Shown here: in pieces, positions 1 to 9,020 of the stretch | Position numbering within the stretch: the stretch's first letter is position 1 | Layout of the letters: every line of letters starts with the position of its first letter | Assembly (NCBI GenBank): GCA_026625185.1 | Contig: CP113000.1 | Coordinates: 210,001-242,000 of the forward strand | Origin: Thermodesulfobacteriota bacterium | GTDB lineage: Bacteria > Desulfobacterota > WTBG01 > JAGOGO01 | Direction: 5' to 3' | DNA length: 32,000 nt | Translations under genes and position numbers: made by a program | The notes under the pieces: generated by a model | The model's database searches: none | What the model saw: the letters and a program-made list of their open reading frames with translations, nothing else | Told to the model about the DNA's origin: nothing

Positions 1-657
1 TTGTCGGGATCAGAGGCTTATGCCCACATGAAACGGATTGATTACCGCTCGGGAATCATTTTCGCTCTCGCCACGATCCCCGGTGCCATTTTGGGGGCAA
101 TTCATACCAGTTTTATTTCTCGGCGCTTATTTGATGGCCTCTTCGTTATCTTACTGTTGGCAGCTTCGATATTTTTGCTCTTCCATCCGAATTTGGTTGA
201 ACGACCCCGTAAAGGGTCTGCTCCCCGTCAGAGCGAACGCCACCTGGTTGATGCGGCCGGCATGAGGTATAATTATTCTTTTAACCTTTCGATCGGAGTC
301 GTAGTGAGTGTTTTTGTAGGTTATATTTCAAGTTTTTTAGGGATTGGTGGCGGAATTATCCATGTCCCGGCACTTGTATATCTCTTGCATTTCCCGGTGC
401 ATATTGCTACTGCAACCTCTCATTTTGTATTAGCTATTATGGCGCTTACGGGAACGTTGGTTCATATGGTAATGGGTACCTTTAGCCATGGGGTACATCA
501 GACTATCGCTTTGGCAATAGGAGTAGTTCTGGGAGCTCAAGTGGGAGCCTACCTTTCTAACCGGATTAAAGGAACCTGGATTATTCGAAGCCTTGCACTT
601 GCTTTAGGGTTTATAGGCATCAGGATCCTGATGATTCTTTTTCAAGGAAAAATATAA
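1..657 (+). CDS. TauE/SafE (DUF81) family membrane transporter, 5' end cut by window edge
   Basis: ORF is open from base 1. The product is polytopic and hydrophobic, with the Gly-rich helices typical of DUF81 (FLGIGGGIIHVPALVYLL...HIATATSHF). It is a paralogue of the ORF at 21206-21961. Confidence 0.7.
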   Translation: MSGSEAYAHMKRIDYRSGIIFALATIPGAILGAIHTSFISRRLFDGLFVILLLAASIFLLFHPNLVERPRKGSAPRQSERHLVDAAGMRYNYSFNLSIGVVVSVFVGYISSFLGIGGGIIHVPALVYLLHFPVHIATATSHFVLAIMALTGTLVHMVMGTFSHGVHQTIALAIGVVLGAQVGAYLSNRIKGTWIIRSLALALGFIGIRILMILFQGKI

Positions 658-772
658 AATTATCGATAATACCCTTTAGGTATCTTCAAAGAAGATAAAC
701 CTCGAGCTTTTAGTTTCAACGTATGGGTATCCAGCGCTTTTTATAGGTACCTTTTTAGAAGGGGAAACGATT

Positions 773-1276
773 TTGGTGATCGCCGTTTTTTTGGCGCATC
801 GCGGTTACCTCGAACTTCCCTGGGTGATTTTAATCGCTTTTTGGGGAACCTTCTCCGGAGATCAGCTTTATTTCTGGCTTGGCCGGACCAAAGGGGTTAG
901 CTTTCTAACCAGAAGGCCTTCTTATCGGCGGGGAGTAGAAAAAGCCCAGGACCTTCTTGGAAAGCATCAAAAGCTCATTATCTTAGGATTCCGTTTTGTC
1001 TACGGACTTCGCAACGTAATACCTTTTGCCATTGGGATAAGTAATATTAACCCCAAACAATTTATTGTGCTTAACGCTCTGGGCGCGATCGTATGGGCAA
1101 TGATAGTAGGCAGCGGAGGTTATTTATTCGGCAATGCATTGGAAATTATCATTGGCGACATAAAGCACTACGAATTGGAAACCCTGGCAGTCATTGCTAT
1201 TAACGGCGTCATAGTGTGGTTGGTATATTTTTGTCGCCACTGGAGAACTAACCATTTTGCAATAAAAAACAAGTGA
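773..1276 (+). CDS. DedA family membrane protein (start codon uncertain)
   Basis: DedA-like sequence (FSGDQLYFWLGRTKG, FRFVYGLRNVIPFAIG). The DedA-typical motif YGYPALFIGTFLEGETIL is encoded in frame upstream of the first canonical start (TTG at 773), back to a TAG at 677-679. No ATG/GTG/TTG lies in between. Confidence 0.7.
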   Translation: MVIAVFLAHRGYLELPWVILIAFWGTFSGDQLYFWLGRTKGVSFLTRRPSYRRGVEKAQDLLGKHQKLIILGFRFVYGLRNVIPFAIGISNINPKQFIVLNALGAIVWAMIVGSGGYLFGNALEIIIGDIKHYELETLAVIAINGVIVWLVYFCRHWRTNHFAIKNK

Positions 1277-1444
1277 ATACCATCATCCGTTATCTGGATA
1301 TAGAAATAAAAGGGGAGGTAAAACAGGGAGATAAAACAGCTAAAGACTTGAAGACCTAAACCCTTATTACCCATATTAACCCAACAAAATGCTTGTTAAA
1401 TCTGTCATGAATACGATGAGGACTAACGTCAGGAATAGACTGCA

Positions 1445-2908
1445 ATGACGACGACCGTTGGTAATCTGGCACACTACGTCTGGCACATCGCTGCCATCGG
1501 ACTTGGGTTGCTTCTCTCTGTGTTGGCGACTGGGCACGCGGTTCTCAACAAGCGCGATCCGCGTGCCGCCATCGCGTGGGTAGGGTTTGTTTGGTTCGTG
1601 CCCTTGGTCGGGGCTGTCATGTACTTCATGTTCGGAGTCAATCGCATTCGCCATAAGGCCGCTTTGCTGCGAAGGAACCTTGAGCGGTACCGGGCACAAG
1701 CGGCGCAACCAGAATGTCTGCCCGAAGACCTGCAGCGTCATCTGCCGGATCACGGAGGGCATCTCAAGGTACTGGCTCGGGTCGTTGGGAGTGTGGTAGA
1801 GCGTCCCTTGCTGCCGGGCAATCGGATCGATCCGTTGGTGAACGGAGATGAAGCCTATCCGGCCATGCTGGAAGCGATTCACAACGCACGCCGGACAGTC
1901 TCTTTCGTGACCTATATCTTCGATCGGGACGAAGTCGGGATTGCCTTTGCGCATGCGCTTGGTGAGGCCGCCCGCCGGGGCGTGGAAGTGCGGGTGCTGA
2001 TTGACGCGACTGGGACTCGGTATTCCTGGCCCACCATTCTCCCCACGCTGCGACGTGAGGGAGTGAAGCACGCGCGGTTTCTTCCGTCGTTTGCTTTGAG
2101 GCATTTGATGTCGATGAACATGCGCACACACCGGAAAATCCTGGTGGCGGATGGGCGCGTGGGATTTACCGGCGGCATGAATATTCGAGTGGGACACTGC
2201 CTTCAACGCCAACCGCCAAACCCGGTACAGGACGTCCATTTCCGAGTGCAGGGCCCGGTGGTGACCCAACTGCAGGAGGTTTTCACCGATGATTGGCTGT
2301 TCACGACCGGCGAAGCCTTGCGTGGGGATTCGTGGTTTCCCAAAACCGAAAGCGCGGGGCAGGTGTTGGCGCGAGGCGTGACCGACGGCCCGGATGAGAA
2401 TTTCGAGAAGTTTCTTTGGACGTTGTTGGGAGCCCTCTCGATTGCCCGCTATTCAGTCCGGATCATGACCCCGTATTTTCTGCCCGACCCTGCCGTGGTA
2501 TCCGCCCTGAATCTGGCATCCATGCGGGGTGTGCAGGTTGATATCATTTTGCCCTCACGAATCAACCTGCCGTTCGTCTTGTGGGCCTCCCGGGCGATGT
2601 GGTCGCAAGTGCTCCAGCACGGATGCCGGATATGGCTAACCCCGCCTCCATTCGATCACTCAAAACTCATGCTGGTGGATGACTGCTGGGTGCTGCTGGG
2701 ATCGGCCAACTGGGATTCGCGAAGCTTGCGCCTTAACTTTGAGTTTAACTTGGAATGTTACGACACCGAACTCACCCAGCGGCTTGATCAGTGGTTCGAG
2801 ACAAAACGGAAATGCGCCCATTTTGTGACGATGGAGGAGGTCAATGGTCGCACACTGCCGGCTCGCCTTCGCGACGGCATTGCGCGATTGCTGACGCCGT
2901 ACTTGTAG
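1445..2908 (+). CDS. cls: Cardiolipin synthase (PLD superfamily, two HKD motifs)
   Basis: N-terminal TM helices and two HxKxxxxD motifs (HRKILVAD...GGMNI and HSKLMLVD...GSANWD). Length of 487 aa is typical of Cls. G+C is markedly higher than in the neighbouring genes. Confidence 0.9.
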   Translation: MTTTVGNLAHYVWHIAAIGLGLLLSVLATGHAVLNKRDPRAAIAWVGFVWFVPLVGAVMYFMFGVNRIRHKAALLRRNLERYRAQAAQPECLPEDLQRHLPDHGGHLKVLARVVGSVVERPLLPGNRIDPLVNGDEAYPAMLEAIHNARRTVSFVTYIFDRDEVGIAFAHALGEAARRGVEVRVLIDATGTRYSWPTILPTLRREGVKHARFLPSFALRHLMSMNMRTHRKILVADGRVGFTGGMNIRVGHCLQRQPPNPVQDVHFRVQGPVVTQLQEVFTDDWLFTTGEALRGDSWFPKTESAGQVLARGVTDGPDENFEKFLWTLLGALSIARYSVRIMTPYFLPDPAVVSALNLASMRGVQVDIILPSRINLPFVLWASRAMWSQVLQHGCRIWLTPPPFDHSKLMLVDDCWVLLGSANWDSRSLRLNFEFNLECYDTELTQRLDQWFETKRKCAHFVTMEEVNGRTLPARLRDGIARLLTPYL

Positions 2909-2984
2909 TCCGGGCCTTTCCCGAACACCTCAAGCTGTGGGAAGACTGACTGAGGAGCTACCGGACGGAAGCGAACAAAAGATT

Positions 2985-5543
2985 ATGACCAAGACAAAAT
3001 TCTTTCATAACATCGGCCCGCTTGTAGGGGTACTCCTTTTTACGGTAGCCCTCTGGGTTCTGCATAGCGAACTCAAGACCTACCATTTTCACGACATTCT
3101 TAAGCGCACTCGTGAACTTCCCGTCCACCAGGTTGGGTTTGCTTTTTTGCTCACGGTGCTCAGTTATCTTATTATGACGGGATACGACACGTTGGCCTTA
3201 CGGTACATCCAAAAACCACTTCCCTACAGCAAAACCGCTTTCGCTTCTTTTGTCGGTTATTCCTTTAGCAATAACATCGGGCTTTCTATGTTGGCCGGAG
3301 GTTCGGTCCGGTTTCGTCTTTATTCGGCATGGGGACTTTCAGTGATTGATATTACCAAGGTAGTTCTTTTTTGTACCGCCACCCTCTGGCTCGGATTCTT
3401 AACCCTTTCCGGCGTAATTTTTCTTATTGAACCACTTGCCATTCCCCGGGCGCTTCACCTTCCTTTTTCCTCCGTTCAGACCCTGGGAGTGATTGCCCTG
3501 GTTCCGGTAGTGTGCTTCTTTTTTGTCAGCCTTTTACGAAAGCGATCGCTCACAATTCGTGACTGGGAGTTCACCATCCCTTCCTTTAAGCTTTTAAGCG
3601 CTCAAATAACGGTTGCGTTGTTTGATTGGTTTATAGCGGGGTGCGCACTCTATGTTCTTTTGCCGGTTTCACCGAATCTTTCATTTCTGGGAGTGCTCGG
3701 AGTATTTCTTTTGGGACAACTTGCGGGCCTGGCAAGTCAAATTCCCGGTGGGCTCGGGGTTTTTGAGTCCGTAACCATTCTCCTGTTATCTCCAATGCTT
3801 ACGGCTTCTGAAATCCTCAGTTCCCTTTTAGTTTATCGCGGCATGTACTATATCCTTCCGCTTCTCATTGCCGCACTTATGCTTGGTGTCCAGGAGGTGC
3901 TTCAAAAAAAGGAAGGAGTGAAGCGGATCGCCCGTTTTTTCGGCCAATGGGTTTCGGAATTACTCCCACAGGTATTTGCTTTTACGACATTTGTAGGCGG
4001 GACGATTCTTCTTTTCTCAGGAGCAACCCCTGGTGTAGGCTGGCGTTTTTCCTGGCTTAAAGACCTCCTTCCCTTACCTGTCGTAGAAGTCTCTCACTTT
4101 CTTGGGAGTATAATCGGTATCGGCCTTCTGCTTCTTGCTCGAGGCTTGCAGCGCCGTATTGATGCCGCTTATATTTTAAGTTCGATTCTGTTAGGAGCGG
4201 GAATCGTCATTTCCATTCTTAAAGGGTTTGATTATGAAGAGGCGCTTATTCTTACCATCATGCTTGGAGCTCTTTTTCCCTGTCATCGTTATTTTTATCG
4301 GAAGGCCTCTCTCTTTAATGAAAGTTTTACTCCGAGGTGGACGGCGGCTATTGTCCTAGTACTGATTTGTTCCGTCGCTTTGGTTCTTTTTTCGTACAAG
4401 CATGTGGACTATTCTCATGACCTTTGGTGGAGTTTTACTCTTTACGGCCATGCTTCCCGCTCACTCAGGGCTATTGTTGGAGCGATCGGAGTCGGGCTCT
4501 TCCTTTCGATGGCACGACTTCTCCGTCCCGCTCAAGTGAAATTCACATCTCCCGGAATAGATGATCCGGGAGTGGTAAAGAGTATTGTTCAACAGTCATC
4601 TCAGACCTATGCTTTTCTCGCCCTGCTCGGTGATAAGAGTTTTCTTTTCAATGAAAAACGGAATGCCTTTATTATGTACAACACCTCCGGAAGAAGCTGG
4701 GTCACCATGGGAGACCCGATCGGCCCGGAGGAGGAAAGTCGTGAACTCATCTGGCGTTTCCGAGAGATGTGCGACCGTTACGATGGATGGACCGTTTTTT
4801 ATGAAGTAGGGACCAAAAACATTCCTCTTTACCTTGATCTCGGGCTTGCCCTCCTTAAAATCGGCGAGGAGGGGCGGGTTTGGCTGCCGGATTTTTCTTT
4901 AGAAGGAAATGCCCGCAAAGGATTCCGCCATATTCTTAATAAACTCGAAAAAGGGGGTTATGGGTTTGAGATTGTTTTACCGGAAAACATTCCGTCTCTT
5001 CTTCCGGAGTTACGGAATATTTCCGATGCCTGGCTCAAGGAGAAAAACACGCGAGAAAAAGGGTTTTCGCTCGGTTTTTTTGAAGAAGAATATCTGAAAC
5101 AATTTCCTACCGCCCTCGTACGGAAGGACAAGAAAATAATTGCTTTTGTCAACATCTGGCAGGGAGCAGAACAGGAAGAGCTTTCTCTGGACCTGATGCG
5201 TCATTTCCCTGATGCTCCTAATGGAATTATGGACTATCTTTTTCTCCATCTTATGCTTTGGGGCAAAGAAGCGGGATATAAATGGTTTAGTCTGGGAATG
5301 ACCCCATTTGCAGGTATGGAAGACCACGCCCTTGCCCCGCTCTGGAACCGGCTGGGTGCTTTTATTTTTACCTACGGTGAACATTTTTATAACTTCCAGG
5401 GTTTGAGGCAATACAAACAAAAGTTTGACCCTCAGTGGGAGCCTAAATATATAGCTTCTCCCGGCGGCCTTGCTTTGCCAGGCATTATTACGAATATTGC
5501 CTCGCTGATTTCCGGAGGTGTGAAAGGAGTGATTGCGAAATGA
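2985..5543 (+). CDS. mprF: MprF-type aminoacyl(lysyl)-phosphatidylglycerol synthase/flippase
   Basis: About 850-aa protein with a long polytopic N-terminal domain and a cytoplasmic C-terminal DUF2156/LPG-synthase-like domain (FLALLGDKSFLF...YNFQGLRQYKQKFDPQWEPKYIA). ATG at 2985 (MTKTKFF) is preferred over the GTG at 2937 that opens the ORF. Confidence 0.85.
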   Translation: MTKTKFFHNIGPLVGVLLFTVALWVLHSELKTYHFHDILKRTRELPVHQVGFAFLLTVLSYLIMTGYDTLALRYIQKPLPYSKTAFASFVGYSFSNNIGLSMLAGGSVRFRLYSAWGLSVIDITKVVLFCTATLWLGFLTLSGVIFLIEPLAIPRALHLPFSSVQTLGVIALVPVVCFFFVSLLRKRSLTIRDWEFTIPSFKLLSAQITVALFDWFIAGCALYVLLPVSPNLSFLGVLGVFLLGQLAGLASQIPGGLGVFESVTILLLSPMLTASEILSSLLVYRGMYYILPLLIAALMLGVQEVLQKKEGVKRIARFFGQWVSELLPQVFAFTTFVGGTILLFSGATPGVGWRFSWLKDLLPLPVVEVSHFLGSIIGIGLLLLARGLQRRIDAAYILSSILLGAGIVISILKGFDYEEALILTIMLGALFPCHRYFYRKASLFNESFTPRWTAAIVLVLICSVALVLFSYKHVDYSHDLWWSFTLYGHASRSLRAIVGAIGVGLFLSMARLLRPAQVKFTSPGIDDPGVVKSIVQQSSQTYAFLALLGDKSFLFNEKRNAFIMYNTSGRSWVTMGDPIGPEEESRELIWRFREMCDRYDGWTVFYEVGTKNIPLYLDLGLALLKIGEEGRVWLPDFSLEGNARKGFRHILNKLEKGGYGFEIVLPENIPSLLPELRNISDAWLKEKNTREKGFSLGFFEEEYLKQFPTALVRKDKKIIAFVNIWQGAEQEELSLDLMRHFPDAPNGIMDYLFLHLMLWGKEAGYKWFSLGMTPFAGMEDHALAPLWNRLGAFIFTYGEHFYNFQGLRQYKQKFDPQWEPKYIASPGGLALPGIITNIASLISGGVKGVIAK

Positions 5544-6307
5544 AACAAGGTTTTCTGGTGCTTCTGGTGCTTCTGGTTGGTATGGTCACTATCGCGGATG
5601 CAGAAGAAACCTCCCTTGAATACGGACGATTCGGCAAGGTCAGCCTTTATCAAGGGTCCTCAACACCATCTCACGTTGTACTCTTTGTATCGGGAGATGG
5701 AGGATGGAACCTTGGGGTGGTCGATATGGCGAGAGAGCTGGCTACACTTGATGCTCTCGTGGTGGGTATAGATATCATTCATTATCTCCGGGAAATAGAA
5801 AAGACCGATGAAGCCTGTTTAAACCCGGCGGCTGAATTTGAGATGCTCAGCACGTTTGTCCAGAAAAAACTCAATTTTCCCCGCCCCACCGTGCCCGTGC
5901 TGGTGGGCTACTCCTCAGGAGCAACCTTGGTCTATGCCGCCTTAACGCAGGCTCCTCCCAATACCTTTTGCGGGGCCATCAGCCTAGGATTCTGTCCGGA
6001 TCTGTTGTTAACCAAACCGCTCTGTAAAGGACACGGACTTGAGTGGGAGATTGGACCAAAAGGTAAGGGGGGATATATCTTCCTGCCCGCAACCAATCTC
6101 CAGAACCCCTGGATCGCCTTGCAAGGTACTATTGACCAGGTCTGCGACCCCGCTTCCACTGAAGACTATGTGAAGAAGGTTAAAGGCGGAGAAATCGTCA
6201 TATTGCCAAAAGTTGGTCATGGTTTTTCAGTGCCCAAAAACTGGTTGCCACAATTTAAGAAGGCCTTTCTTCGAATAGTAGAAAAAGATAAGGCGGGTCA
6301 ACCCTGA
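5540..6307 (+). CDS. Secreted alpha/beta-hydrolase module, AcvB/VirJ-like (single module)
   Basis: Start ATG overlaps the mprF stop (ATGA at 5540-5543). Signal peptide MKQGFLVLLVLLVGMVTIADA. Motifs SGDGGW and GYSSGA (GxSxG nucleophile elbow). Clear paralogue of the N-terminal half of the next gene. Confidence 0.7.
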   Translation: MKQGFLVLLVLLVGMVTIADAEETSLEYGRFGKVSLYQGSSTPSHVVLFVSGDGGWNLGVVDMARELATLDALVVGIDIIHYLREIEKTDEACLNPAAEFEMLSTFVQKKLNFPRPTVPVLVGYSSGATLVYAALTQAPPNTFCGAISLGFCPDLLLTKPLCKGHGLEWEIGPKGKGGYIFLPATNLQNPWIALQGTIDQVCDPASTEDYVKKVKGGEIVILPKVGHGFSVPKNWLPQFKKAFLRIVEKDKAGQP

Positions 6308-6420
6308 TCAGAAGAATTTATGACAAACAGCGAGGCGATTGCCTCTGCACAAGGAGCAGGCCGAGGAAAAATTTTCTAAACCTCATTTGATTAACGGAGT
6401 AGACAAGGAGTAGAGGCACG

Positions 6421-7872
6421 ATGAAAAGGATAGTGTTATTGATGCTTGTTATCATGCTGGCAGGAATGATTAGCAACGCCCGCGCTGAAGACGAGACTTT
6501 GCAGTGCGGTCGCTTCGGTACCGTCCATCTTGTTCGAACCTCACCCCAGCCGTCCCACATCGCCCTTTTTATGTCCGGAGACGGCGGCGGGTGGGAGCAG
6601 CGGATGGTTGACATGGCGCGCGCATTTGCCGAGCTGGACACGCTGGTAGTGGTAATTGATATTAACTATTATCTCAAGGAACTTGAAAAATCAGGCGAAT
6701 CCTGTGCGTATCCTGCTGCCGATCTGGAGATGCTGAGCAAGTTTATTCAAAAAAAACTTAACTGGCCCCAGTACACACTGCCGCTTTTGATCGGTTATTC
6801 TTCGGGCGCAACATTAGTGTATGCGGTTCTGGCGCAGGCACCGCCAAATACCTTTTGCGGCGCGATCAGTCTGGGTTTTTGCCCTGACTTTTGCCCCGAC
6901 CTTGGTGCTTTGCACAAGCCTTTTTGTCGAGGATATGGTCTGGAGTGGAAGACTGAGCCGCACAGAAAGGGATGTGTATTTTTACCGGCCACGAATCTTT
7001 CGGGTCATTGGATTGTTCTGCAAGGGATTACTGATCAGGTTTGTGAGCCGGCGATTACTGAGGCCTTTGTGAAGCAGGTAAAAGGAGGAGAAATTATTAT
7101 GCTGCCCACGGTTGGTCACGGTTTTTCTGATCCGGTCAAGTGGATGCCGCAGGTAAAACCTGCGTTCCTGAGTGTAGTAGCCAACGACAAGACGGCTCGA
7201 CCTCTTCAGCCGGTATCATTAAAAGACCTCCCGCTGGTTGAGGTTCCGGCACAAGGCCCCGGTGCTGATAATGTTCTGGCGGTGGTCGTAAGCGGTGATG
7301 GCGGCTGGGCAGGGATTGATCGCGATATTGCGAACACCCTCTCGCGTAAAGGGGTTCCGGTCGTGGGGTTAAACTCTCTTCAATACTTCTGGAAACGGCG
7401 TACCCCGGAAGAATCCTCCCGGGATTTGGAAAAGATTATCAGGCACTATCTTGTAAACTGGGGGAAAGAACGCGCCATCCTTATCGGGTATTCTCTGGGC
7501 GCGGATGTTCTTCCCTTTATGGCTAACCGGTTGCCCCGTGAGTTGCTGGACCACGTATCGCTGATTGCACTCCTTGGACCGGATGAAAAGATTGACTTTG
7601 AATTTCATCTTTCCTACTGGATGGGCGGTTCGTTAGGAAGTAATGCCCTGCCAGTTCTCCCTGAGGTTAAGAAGCTTTACGGGAAAAAGATTCTCTGTTT
7701 TTGCGGAGATGAAGAAACAGATTCACTGTGCCACAAAATGAATGCCAGTCTGGCAAAAACAATTGTTCTTAAAGGAGGTCATCATTTTGGAGGAGATTAC
7801 GAGGGGATTGCGGAAACGATTTTAAAGGAATCGTGCGCTCCTGATGGCTCTCTTGAAAGGAGAACCAAATGA
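6421..7872 (+). CDS. AcvB/VirJ family protein (two-module; putative aminoacyl-PG hydrolase)
   Basis: Signal peptide. Two homologous modules, each carrying SGDGGW and GYSxGA (GYSSGA, GYSLGA). Size of 483 aa and position after an mprF/lpiA homologue match the known lpiA-acvB arrangement. Confidence 0.75.
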   Translation: MKRIVLLMLVIMLAGMISNARAEDETLQCGRFGTVHLVRTSPQPSHIALFMSGDGGGWEQRMVDMARAFAELDTLVVVIDINYYLKELEKSGESCAYPAADLEMLSKFIQKKLNWPQYTLPLLIGYSSGATLVYAVLAQAPPNTFCGAISLGFCPDFCPDLGALHKPFCRGYGLEWKTEPHRKGCVFLPATNLSGHWIVLQGITDQVCEPAITEAFVKQVKGGEIIMLPTVGHGFSDPVKWMPQVKPAFLSVVANDKTARPLQPVSLKDLPLVEVPAQGPGADNVLAVVVSGDGGWAGIDRDIANTLSRKGVPVVGLNSLQYFWKRRTPEESSRDLEKIIRHYLVNWGKERAILIGYSLGADVLPFMANRLPRELLDHVSLIALLGPDEKIDFEFHLSYWMGGSLGSNALPVLPEVKKLYGKKILCFCGDEETDSLCHKMNASLAKTIVLKGGHHFGGDYEGIAETILKESCAPDGSLERRTK

Positions 7873-8591
7873 TTCGAAAACCGCACGAGTTAATGATTTG
7901 TCAGATCTGCAAAGAAAAGAAAAAGCTAAATGAGGTGTTGTCCGGGGAGCTGGTGCGCCCCTCTTTGGTAGAAATGATTCAAAAGAAATACCCCGATTGG
8001 TCCTCTGAAGGATTCATCTGCCGAGCTGATCTTAATCGCTTTCGTACCGACTACATCCAAAACCTGGTGGAAAAAGAAATGGGTGAACTTTCAACGTTGG
8101 AATTGGATGTCATGCGAAGCATGAAGGATCAGGAGTTGCTCTCCAAAAATGTCAATGTTGAATTTGACCGCACAGCGACCATCGGCGAACGAGTAGCTGA
8201 CAAGGTTGCCGAATTCGGGGGAAGCTGGGGTTTTATCACCACTTTTACCGTGGTGATCGTGGGGTGGATCATCATGAACTCAATCGTTTTATTTCTGAGA
8301 CCATTTGACCCCTATCCTTTTATTCTTCTCAACCTGGTTCTTTCCTGCGTGGCCGCTTTTCAAGCGCCGATCATTATGATGAGCCAGAACCGGCAGGAAG
8401 CTAAAGACCGCCTGCGATCTGAACACGATTATCAGATAAACCTCAAAGCCGAACTGGAGATTCGTCATTTAAATGAAAAGTTAGACCACCTTCTGGCGCA
8501 ACAATGGCAGCGACTGGTAGAGATTCAGCAGATCCAGATGGATTTAATGGAAGAGCTTGCCCGCAAAACTCCTCGGGAATTAGGCGGTTAA
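7869..8591 (+). CDS. DUF1003 domain membrane protein
   Basis: ATGA overlap with the preceding stop (7869-7872). Conserved DUF1003 core: GSWGFI..., FDPYPFILLNLVLSCVAAFQAPIIMMSQNRQ..DR..., followed by a C-terminal coiled coil. Confidence 0.7.
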   Translation: MIRKPHELMICQICKEKKKLNEVLSGELVRPSLVEMIQKKYPDWSSEGFICRADLNRFRTDYIQNLVEKEMGELSTLELDVMRSMKDQELLSKNVNVEFDRTATIGERVADKVAEFGGSWGFITTFTVVIVGWIIMNSIVLFLRPFDPYPFILLNLVLSCVAAFQAPIIMMSQNRQEAKDRLRSEHDYQINLKAELEIRHLNEKLDHLLAQQWQRLVEIQQIQMDLMEELARKTPRELGG

Positions 8592-8651
8592 GTAAAACTT
8601 ATTGGAAAAATTAAGATTTATTAGTTTACAGGTAGGGACAACACCTTTACT

Positions 8652-8677
8652 TGAGGTGGTGAATTTTTTCCACCTCA
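8652..8677. other. 8-bp stem-loop between convergent genes (TGAGGTGG-N10-CCACCTCA), no flanking U-tract
   Basis: Inverted repeat read directly from the sequence. It lies between the stop of 7869-8591 (+) and the stop of 8729-8914 (-). The T-run sits in the loop, not after the stem, so a terminator function is uncertain. Confidence 0.3.
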
Positions 8678-8728
8678 GCAACAGCATAAAAAAACAAACA
8701 AAAAATTATACTTAAATAAACCCCTTTC

Positions 8729-8914
8729 TCACGCGGCAATTTTCTGCTGCAGACGTTTAATGAGATCATTCATGAAAACTTCCATTCCTTGAAGATACCG
8801 CCGGAATTCTTTCTTATCCGTATCCACAATTTCCCGTCGCAGCTCAGGCAGGTATCTCACCAGAATTTCCCGCAGCATTTCCGCCTCTTGAGGAGTCATT
8901 TCAATTTGTGCCAT
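8729..8914 (-). CDS. Small (61 aa) charged helical protein, unknown function
   Basis: Good RBS (GGGAGGG 6 nt before the ATG on the - strand). Amphipathic helical sequence. No family recognised. Confidence 0.5.
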   Translation of the reverse strand: MAQIEMTPQEAEMLREILVRYLPELRREIVDTDKKEFRRYLQGMEVFMNDLIKRLQQKIAA

Positions 8915-9020
8915 AAGCGCCCTCCCTTCTTTTTTGTCTGCATACCTGCAAACGTTTTAATTCTTCTTATGATTATTAATATAATCAAAAAATTTTAAAA
9001 GTCAAGCCGGTTAAAAGGGA

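Noticed and set aside
541-915. Isolated TTTCTAACC 9-mers inside the TauE (556-564) and DedA (902-910) genes that resemble the repeat terminus
   Set aside because: Only the 7-mer TTCTAAC of the repeat terminus matches, and none of the other conserved blocks is present. A few chance hits to a 7-mer are expected in 64 kb of two-strand sequence.
1376-2269. 297-aa - strand ORF, plus the 121-aa (1764-2129) and 88-aa (1912-2178) - strand ORFs and the 70-aa + strand ORF (1587-1799), all overlapping cls
   Set aside because: They lie entirely within the well-supported cls CDS. Their products are Arg/Pro/His-rich and low-complexity, as expected for stop-poor alternative frames of about 60% G+C DNA. None has an RBS.
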